From: an uncultured delta proteobacterium
GTDB lineage: Bacteria; Desulfobacterota; Binatia; Binatales; Binataceae
Direction of reading: 5' to 3'
NCBI GenBank assembly: GCA_963783145.1
Contig: CAWAMM010000001.1
Span: forward strand, 547,347-611,346
DNA length: 64,000 nucleotides
Part shown: in pieces, positions 58,171-64,000 of the stretch
How positions within the stretch are numbered: the first letter of the stretch is position 1
Layout: each line of letters begins with the position of its first letter
The notes under the pieces: generated by a model
Seen by the model: the letters and a program-made list of their open reading frames with translations, nothing else
Told to the model about the DNA's origin: nothing
Database searches by the model: none
Made by a program: the position numbers and the translations under genes

Positions 58171-58492
58171 TCGGTTAGTTCGTGGTTCGACGTCACCCTC
58201 AATCGCTCCGCTCCCAAACCGATTCCGGCTATCGCGCGACTTTTCCGAGGGGTGGCCGTCCTTCATGCAAAGTCTCTCTCCTTGCTGCGGCGATGCGCAT
58301 TGAGCGGAGACCTGGGAAGAGCAAACGGGGCGATTTATGGGGCGGCCGATCATCGTGACCTGCCAGCCAATGCAGGGCGACCTGTAACGAGGCTCAATTT
58401 CCTTCGTAACGAGTGCGGATGGAATTCAGTTGTTCCAAGGGACGCCTCTTTATAAACTTCGCGGCAACCTCTATTTTTTTCGGGGGTCTTGA

Positions 58493-61111
58493 ATGATGCG
58501 GCGTCGTAGTGGGGCTTGGATCAGCGCCCTCCTGTTTACGGTTTGCACCGCGAGTTTAATTTCCCTTGCGCTCGCATTCCCGGTGCGGGCGGCCAATCGT
58601 CCGCCGGATAGCGAAATTACGATGAACTTCCAGAACGTCGACCTCCCGGCGCTGGCCAAGTTCATCAGCGAAATTACCGGCAAAAATTTCCTGGTCGACG
58701 AGAGCGTGCGGGGCAAGATCACGATCATTTCGCCGTCCAAGGTTACCCCCGATCAGGCCTACCAGATTTTCCAATCGGTCTTGCAGCTTAAGGGATTTAC
58801 CACCGAAACCGCCGGCCAGGTGATCAAGATTATTCCCTCGCGCGATGTCCGCCAGTCCGCGCCGGTTACCGAATCACAGCAGCCGTTTGAACAACATGGC
58901 GATGAGTACGTCACGCGGCTGGTGAAGCTGCGCAATGCCGACGTCAGTTCGATGCTCAGCGTCATCCAGCCGATGATCTCGCATGATGGACTGGTTGCCG
59001 CATTTCCCGACGACAATACCCTCATCATCACCGACGATGCCTACAACGTGCAGCGACTGCTGAGAATCGTGGGCAGCCTGGATGTCGTGGGTCAGCACAA
59101 GGCCATCGAGGTCATACCGCTGCAATACGCGTTCGCCGATGAAGTCGCTCCCGAAATCGAACAATTGCTCGGCGGCAGCTCGGGAGCCGGCCGTCCGGGG
59201 CAGCCGCAGCCGGGAGTAGTTGCGCCGTCGGCCCAGGCACCGACCGGACAATTCAAGGTGCTGGCCGACCAGCGCACCAATTCCATCATCGCGGCGGGCG
59301 GGCCACTGCAGATGCAGGCGATTCACGATGTGATTGCGAAGCTCGACATCCGCTCGCCCGACGCAATGCATCGGATCCATGTCTACCGGCTTAAAAATGC
59401 GGCCGTCTCGGACATGATCGAGGTCTTGGGCGGGCTCATCGGTGGAGGAGGCGGGGTCGGCAGCCTGTCGCCTACTACCGGCAAGGGCTCGCTCGGGCGC
59501 GGCAGTGGCGCGGGTGGCGCGATGAATTCCGGTTTCGGCGGCGGCTACGGAGGTGGCGGCTATGGCGGGGGCGGCTTCGGCGGGAGCGGCTATGGAGGAA
59601 GCTCGATCGGCGGAGGTTCGTTCAGTGGAGGGATCACCGGCGGTGGAATGATGGGCGGGAGTAGCTTTGGAAGCTCCTTTGGGAGCTCCGGCACGAGCGG
59701 GCTTGGAGGCCGCGGGGCGGGTGGTATGAGCGGCGGAGCGGGCGGACCCGGTGGCGGAGGAGTGCGCACCTCGGACTTTACCAGCCGGGTTACCATGACA
59801 GCCGATCCTGCCACCAATGCTCTCGTGATCAGCGCGGCTCCGCAGGACTGGGAAGTCTTGCGCAACATTATCGCGGAGCTCGATGTGCCGCGGATCCAGG
59901 TATTCGTCCAGGCCATCATTGTCGAGGTGAGCTCGGAGCGGCAGCGCCAGATGGGCGTGGACTTTCAGGCCGCGACGTCGATATCGCATAGCGTTCTGGG
60001 ACTGGGGAACGTCAACTTCGGAAACATTCAGACGGCGCTGGGAAATCCGCTCGGATTGACCGGACTCGGGCTGGGCCTGGCGTCGGGCAGCTCATGTGTC
60101 ATTCCCGCGGCGGCCGCGGCGGTCGCAGGTACGACCACTGGTACCACGACCACGATGACGGTGCCATGCGATGTGGCCTTGGTGACGGCGTTGCAGGCGG
60201 ATACGCATTCCAACGTGCTGTCGGCGCCGACGCTGCTGACCGCGGATAACGAGGAAGCGACCATCGTGGTCGGGGAAAACCTGCCGTTCGTGGGGTCGTC
60301 GGCGGCGAATGCAGGCCTGCCGGGGCAAATCTTCAACAGCGTTAACCGGCAGAATGTCGGAATCACCCTCGATATCGTGCCGCAGGTGGCGGATGGTGAC
60401 TATGTGCGGCTGGACCTGTATGAGGAAGTATCCAACGTGCTTGGGAGCACGGCCAACAATCCCTTGGGTCCGACCACGACAATTCGGTCTGCATCAACTA
60501 CGGTCCTAATACAAAATCATCGCACCGCAGTCATCGGCGGATTGATGTCCAATAACGAAAATCTCTCACGTCAGGGAATACCGTGGATTTCGGATATCCC
60601 CGTACTCGGAAATATCTTTTCCGATACCTCGACCGATAAGCAGAAGGACAATCTCCTGGTGTTCCTGACCCCGCACGTGGTGCGCAACAAGACCGATCTG
60701 CGCTCGCTCGCACTGGATCAGCGTGCCCGATTCACCAATACGCTGGGACCTCATGAGATGCATGATATGCCGGAGAGCTCGATACGTTCCCTGTACGATC
60801 CGACTTTCTCGGTCTCGGTGCCGCCGGCGGCCGACCTGAACATGCAAAATAACACCCCTGCGAGGGCGCCCGCTTCTGGCGCGGTGCCCGAGGGAGACAA
60901 GCCTACCCCGTTCAATACCGAGGAGATTCCCGCGCCGACGTCGTCATCGGGAGCGCCCGGCGCGGCGCTGAAAGCCCCGGTCGCGGCAGGGAGCACGGTC
61001 GCGCCGCCGGTTGCAACCTCGACCAGCGCGACTCCTCCCGCGATGGCATCCGCTGATCCAGCGGTGGCCCCTGCGAGCGCAGTTTCTTCGGCGCCTGCCG
61101 GGTCCCCGTAA
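58493..61111 (+). CDS. Secretin (GspD/PilQ superfamily) with a Gly/Tyr/Ser-rich low-complexity insert and an Ala/Pro-rich C-terminal tail
   Basis: A signal peptide, N0-like domain (ITMNFQNVDLPALAKFISEITGKNFLVDESV) and N1-N3-like domains are present. The secretin core is LSAPTLLTADNEEATIVVGENLPF...AVIGGLM...IPWISDIPVLGNIFS...LLVFLTPHVV. Confidence 0.85.
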   Translation: MMRRRSGAWISALLFTVCTASLISLALAFPVRAANRPPDSEITMNFQNVDLPALAKFISEITGKNFLVDESVRGKITIISPSKVTPDQAYQIFQSVLQLKGFTTETAGQVIKIIPSRDVRQSAPVTESQQPFEQHGDEYVTRLVKLRNADVSSMLSVIQPMISHDGLVAAFPDDNTLIITDDAYNVQRLLRIVGSLDVVGQHKAIEVIPLQYAFADEVAPEIEQLLGGSSGAGRPGQPQPGVVAPSAQAPTGQFKVLADQRTNSIIAAGGPLQMQAIHDVIAKLDIRSPDAMHRIHVYRLKNAAVSDMIEVLGGLIGGGGGVGSLSPTTGKGSLGRGSGAGGAMNSGFGGGYGGGGYGGGGFGGSGYGGSSIGGGSFSGGITGGGMMGGSSFGSSFGSSGTSGLGGRGAGGMSGGAGGPGGGGVRTSDFTSRVTMTADPATNALVISAAPQDWEVLRNIIAELDVPRIQVFVQAIIVEVSSERQRQMGVDFQAATSISHSVLGLGNVNFGNIQTALGNPLGLTGLGLGLASGSSCVIPAAAAAVAGTTTGTTTTMTVPCDVALVTALQADTHSNVLSAPTLLTADNEEATIVVGENLPFVGSSAANAGLPGQIFNSVNRQNVGITLDIVPQVADGDYVRLDLYEEVSNVLGSTANNPLGPTTTIRSASTTVLIQNHRTAVIGGLMSNNENLSRQGIPWISDIPVLGNIFSDTSTDKQKDNLLVFLTPHVVRNKTDLRSLALDQRARFTNTLGPHEMHDMPESSIRSLYDPTFSVSVPPAADLNMQNNTPARAPASGAVPEGDKPTPFNTEEIPAPTSSSGAPGAALKAPVAAGSTVAPPVATSTSATPPAMASADPAVAPASAVSSAPAGSP

Positions 61112-61178
61112 CGATGCCCTCGCTCGCGCGCTCGCGCGGTGTACGACGGAAACAGTCGGTTGCGTCAGCGGCGGTACG

Positions 61179-62099
61179 ATGCCCCGTCAGATAGGCGGAT
61201 TTCGCGCCGGCCTCGAATATCTTCCGGTCGCCGCACTGATGCGGATGTTCGCCGCGATGCCGCGGGAGCGCGCGGTCAAGGCGGGCGCCTCGCTCGGCTC
61301 CATGATCATGCGGCTGGATCTCGGCAATCGTCCCATCGCGATCAAGAATCTCGAGATTGCCTTTCCCGAACTTGCTCGCGATGCGCGCCTGAAGATTCTC
61401 CTCGCGATGTATCGCAACTGGGGCCGCGTGATCGCCGAATGGCCGCACTTGGGCGCCCTGAATCGGTCCAATATCGAAAGCACCGTCACCTACGACGGAA
61501 TTGAAAACCTCAACCATGCGCTGGCGCTGGCTGAGAAACGCGGTGCGATCATCCTGACCGCGCATTATGGGAATTTCGAGTTGCTGCCGCTCGCGCACTC
61601 GATGTATGGGCATCAGCTCGCAATGGTCCATCGCCCACTGCGTAATCCTCTTATCGACGAACAGATCCGAAGCCTACGGACCAGCTTCGGCGCGGAGATC
61701 GTCGAGCGCAAACAGGCCGGCCTCGCGATAGTGAAATACCTGCGCCGGAGATGGCAGGTCGCGGTGGCGCTCGACCTCGATGTGCGCGACGGCGTATTCG
61801 TGGATTTTTTCGGGATGAAAGCATGCACCAGCGACGGAGTCGCGCGCATCGCGATGGCGACCCGTGCGCCGGTGGTGCCGGCCTTCATGGTGCGCGATGG
61901 CGTCAGCCCGCGCCATCGCATTACCGTGCTGCCGGTGATGGAGATGGTGGTGACTCGCGATCGCGAGGAGTGTGTGCGCGAAAATACCCAGCGCATGACC
62001 GCCGCCATCGAAATGATGATTCGGCGTCACCCTGATCATTGGAACTGGATCCATCGGCGCTGGAAGACGCGCCCCGAAGGCGAGCAGCGTTTTTACTGA
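61179..62099 (+). CDS. LpxL/HtrB-family lipid A biosynthesis acyltransferase
   Basis: An HX4D-like catalytic motif (AHYGNFELLP) and the family length are present. Confidence 0.75.
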   Translation: MPRQIGGFRAGLEYLPVAALMRMFAAMPRERAVKAGASLGSMIMRLDLGNRPIAIKNLEIAFPELARDARLKILLAMYRNWGRVIAEWPHLGALNRSNIESTVTYDGIENLNHALALAEKRGAIILTAHYGNFELLPLAHSMYGHQLAMVHRPLRNPLIDEQIRSLRTSFGAEIVERKQAGLAIVKYLRRRWQVAVALDLDVRDGVFVDFFGMKACTSDGVARIAMATRAPVVPAFMVRDGVSPRHRITVLPVMEMVVTRDREECVRENTQRMTAAIEMMIRRHPDHWNWIHRRWKTRPEGEQRFY

Positions 62100-62129
62100 T
62101 TCGATTGGTGAGGCTGCCGCAGTTCATCT

Positions 62130-62306
62130 ATGATCGAGATCATGAACGGGCGCGAAGATAAATCGACGGCGGGTATCGTCGAGCCGACGAATCCGGACCC
62201 CGGTCCTGCGCCCAATCCCCCGACGGCCTACATCCCCGCATGTGGTACGCTATGCGACGCGTTCTGGTGGGCGCGCCGCAGCAATCCGGTAAAATCCGCG
62301 GACTGA
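62130..62306 (+). CDS. Small unannotated ORF (58 aa), hypothetical
   Basis: Hand-translated: MIEIMNGREDKSTAGIVEPTNPDPGPAPNPPTAYIPACGTLCDAFWWARRSNPVKSAD. GC3 is about 75%, consistent with coding, but no good Shine-Dalgarno sequence is present. Confidence 0.2.
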   Translation: MIEIMNGREDKSTAGIVEPTNPDPGPAPNPPTAYIPACGTLCDAFWWARRSNPVKSAD

Positions 62307-62312
62307 CCTGGC

Positions 62313-63368
62313 CTACAGGTTGGCGATAACGGCGCGCGCGAACTCCTCGGTCTTTGCGCTGCCGCCCTGATCCGGGGTCAGCACGCGACCTTCCGCATAA
62401 ACCTTGCGCACCGCATTGTCGAAGCGCTTCGAGGCATCACCGAATCCGAGATACTCCAGCATCAGCACGGCCGACAGCATGGTCGCGGTCGGATTGATGA
62501 TGTGCTGCCCCATGATGTCGGGCGCGGTGCCATGCACCGATTCGAAGTAGGCGTAATCATCGCCGTAGCATCCGCTGGGTGCGACCCCGAGTCCGCCGAT
62601 AGTGCCGGCGGCCGCATCGGAGAGAATGTCGCCATAGAGATTCGGCATTACCACGACGTCGAGCTCATGCGGCGACTGCACGATGCGACGCGCGAAATCA
62701 TCGACGATGAAATTTTCGTACTTGAGCTCCGGATATGACTTCGCGGTTTCCTCGCAGATACTGCGAAAGAACTCGTCGGCCTCGCGCAGCATGTTGTACT
62801 TCGAGGTGCAGGTGACTTTGCCTTTGCCGCCCGCGCGTTTGCGCTTCATCGCCAGCTCGCATGCGAAGCGCGCCACCTGGCGCGTGTTCTTTTCGGTGAT
62901 CACCTTGATGGAGTAGCGGCCGTTCACCGTCGTATCGAGCGGCGCGCGCAGGATTCTGCTGTAGGGCTTCGCCGGCGCCAACTGCTCCAGCGGGCCTTCC
63001 AACCCCAGGTAGGCATCTTCGAGATTCTCGCGCACGATAACGTAATCGATTTGGTCGGGATTCTTCAGCGGACTGCGAAAGCCCTTGAGGTAGCGGCACG
63101 GGCGCACGTTCGCGTAGGTCTGCTTGCCCCAGCGTAGATACATGATCGAGGTGGTCTTGCCCGAGGTCGAGCCGAACAGCGTCGAATCCGAATGATCGAT
63201 GGCCTCGCGCGCCTTGGCCTCGGTCTCCTTACGCACCCAATGCTCGCCGGTGGGAAACTCGATGTACTCGATGTCGAGCTTCATCGCGCGCAGGACGTCC
63301 ATCGTCGCGCCGACCGCTTCCGGCGCCGCATCATCACCCGGGAGAACAACAACTTTTTTGGTAGCCAC
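62313..63368 (-). CDS. Isocitrate/isopropylmalate dehydrogenase-family oxidative decarboxylase
   Basis: [27 protein letters not shown] is the family signature. Confidence 0.8.
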   Translation of the reverse strand: MATKKVVVLPGDDAAPEAVGATMDVLRAMKLDIEYIEFPTGEHWVRKETEAKAREAIDHSDSTLFGSTSGKTTSIMYLRWGKQTYANVRPCRYLKGFRSPLKNPDQIDYVIVRENLEDAYLGLEGPLEQLAPAKPYSRILRAPLDTTVNGRYSIKVITEKNTRQVARFACELAMKRKRAGGKGKVTCTSKYNMLREADEFFRSICEETAKSYPELKYENFIVDDFARRIVQSPHELDVVVMPNLYGDILSDAAAGTIGGLGVAPSGCYGDDYAYFESVHGTAPDIMGQHIINPTATMLSAVLMLEYLGFGDASKRFDNAVRKVYAEGRVLTPDQGGSAKTEEFARAVIANL

Positions 63369-63478
63369 TTGGGCCTCCGCGTATGCCTGTCTTGTGAGGT
63401 CGGCGCAAAGTCTATCGCGCTCGCTGCGAGTTCGTAAAACGTTTGTGCGAGTCTGACGCGGGGGCTAGGCTGACCTAA

Positions 63479-63775
63479 ATGGCGCGGGCTCCGGCAAAAT
63501 CTGTAAAGCGGCGAACCAGAGCGAAGACCTCCACGCGTAAGCTTCGTGCGCGGGTGCGCGGGTCGACATTGGAGCTGCTCGATCCGCTGCCCATGATATT
63601 TCGGGATGGGGAAGAAGTGACCATCACCGTTTCCGAGAATAAGCCGAAGCCCGACTGGGAGGCGTTTAGACGCGCAGCCGGGAGCTGGAAGGGAAACGTC
63701 GATGCAGACGCGCTTATCAAAATGCTCTACGCCTCTCGCCTGGTTAAGAGTAAGCGCCCGATTCCGCGTTTTTGA
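63479..63775 (+). CDS. Putative type II antitoxin (VapB-like)
   Basis: This small ORF ends 3 nt before the PIN-domain toxin gene. Assignment is by position and size. Confidence 0.45.
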   Translation: MARAPAKSVKRRTRAKTSTRKLRARVRGSTLELLDPLPMIFRDGEEVTITVSENKPKPDWEAFRRAAGSWKGNVDADALIKMLYASRLVKSKRPIPRF

Positions 63776-63778
63776 TCG

Positions 63779-64000
63779 ATGCCCTTTCTCGTTGATACGG
63801 ATTGGATCATCCATCTTCTCAACGGCAGATCCGATATCATCGCGAAACTCCAAGAACTATCGGTTGAAGGTGTCGCAATGTCCATGGTTTCGCTCGCGGA
63901 ACTCTACGACGGCGTCTACTACTCGCGAAATCCAGCAAATGATGAGGTTGCTCTGAGAGACTTCGTGCGTACGGTCAGCGTGTTGGGAATCGATGAGGAG
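63779..64000 (+). CDS. vapC: PIN-domain toxin VapC (3'-truncated by the window end)
   Basis: Hand-translated frame: MPFLVDTDWIIHLLNGRSDIIAKLQELSVEGVAMSMVSLAELYDGVYYSRNPANDEVALRDFV... This is the canonical VapC N-terminus (D of LVDTD plus SxxSLxEL). It is absent from the ORF track because no stop falls inside the window. Confidence 0.7.
   Translation, partial: MPFLVDTDWIIHLLNGRSDIIAKLQELSVEGVAMSMVSLAELYDGVYYSRNPANDEVALRDFVRTVSVLGIDEE

Noticed and set aside
58200-58240. Possible sigma-54 promoter (TGGCCG...TGCA) upstream of the secretin gene
   Set aside because: GG-to-GC spacing is 11 nt rather than the required 10, and the -12 element is poor. There is no enhancer-binding protein nearby.
57981-58455. 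Recurrent ATG/TTG-ATA-GGA-AAC (MIGN...) mini-ORFs, including the 118-aa ORF 58099..58455
   Set aside because: The shared 'MIGN' start is simply the TGATAGGAAAC half-site read as codons. These ORFs have AT-rich, atypical codon usage and no Shine-Dalgarno sequence. The repeats are palindromic at the DNA level, so the signal is DNA- or RNA-level, not peptides.
59440-59770. Repetitive GGC/GGA-rich DNA that might be taken for a tandem repeat or CRISPR-like array
   Set aside because: It is in-frame coding sequence for the Gly-rich low-complexity segment of the secretin. It has no regular repeat-spacer periodicity.

Overview
This 64 kb window is a high-GC (roughly 64%) chromosomal segment from a diderm (Gram-negative-type) bacterium; the taxon cannot be assigned from sequence alone. 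From 5' to 3' it contains:

- **Ribosomal alpha operon tail:** rpsK (5'-partial), rpsD, rpoA and rplQ, closed by a clear intrinsic terminator.
- **tldD/pmbA pair**, followed by a small secreted-protein islet.
- **Envelope-stress module:** ECF sigma factor, a single-TM anti-sigma candidate and a periplasmic LTXXQ (CpxP/Spy-like) protein.
- **Low-GC islet of about 1 kb** with a small AT-hook basic protein.
- **Oxidoreductase/hydrolase island** of roughly 17 kb: three luciferase-like (LLM) monooxygenases, a DUF385 deazaflavin-type nitroreductase, a PhyH dioxygenase, an amidase, an amidohydrolase, an MBL lactonase-like protein, an acyl-CoA ligase, an SDR, and alpha/beta and dienelactone hydrolases.
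- **Outer-membrane biogenesis supercluster** of about 26 kb: a GT9/LPS-kinase/GT2/GT4 core block; yicC-gmk-rel-ridA; kdkA, a DUF2029 glycosyltransferase, a Trm112-like protein, lpxK, waaA and msbA; then lpxB, copC, sco, a Gfo-family oxidoreductase, lpxI, lpxA, fabZ, skp, bamA, lolD and lolCE.
- **Right end:** a nucleotidyltransferase-fold gene divergent from an orphan secretin, an LpxL-family acyltransferase, an isocitrate/isopropylmalate dehydrogenase-family gene, and a VapBC pair cut by the window edge.

The three observations most worth a second look are:

1. **A probable selenoprotein.** Two ORF-track entries (21118..21603 and 20356..21012, minus strand) are one continuous frame interrupted only by a TGA. 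That TGA sits exactly where a TlpA/ResA-type thioredoxin fold carries its first active-site Cys, and an fdhF-like hairpin with a GUC apical loop lies immediately downstream.
2. **An AT-rich divergent intergenic region (57946..58492).** It carries three tandem copies of an 11-bp inverted repeat (GTTTCCTATCA, about 20 nt, TGATAGGAAAC) between the nucleotidyltransferase-like gene and the secretin gene.
3. **A roughly 500-bp non-coding, MITE-like element** bounded by 44-nt imperfect terminal inverted repeats (23019..23522).

No rRNA, tRNA or CRISPR array was seen. Start codons that I adjusted by hand (GTG/TTG starts, overlapping gene couplings) carry an error of about one codon.
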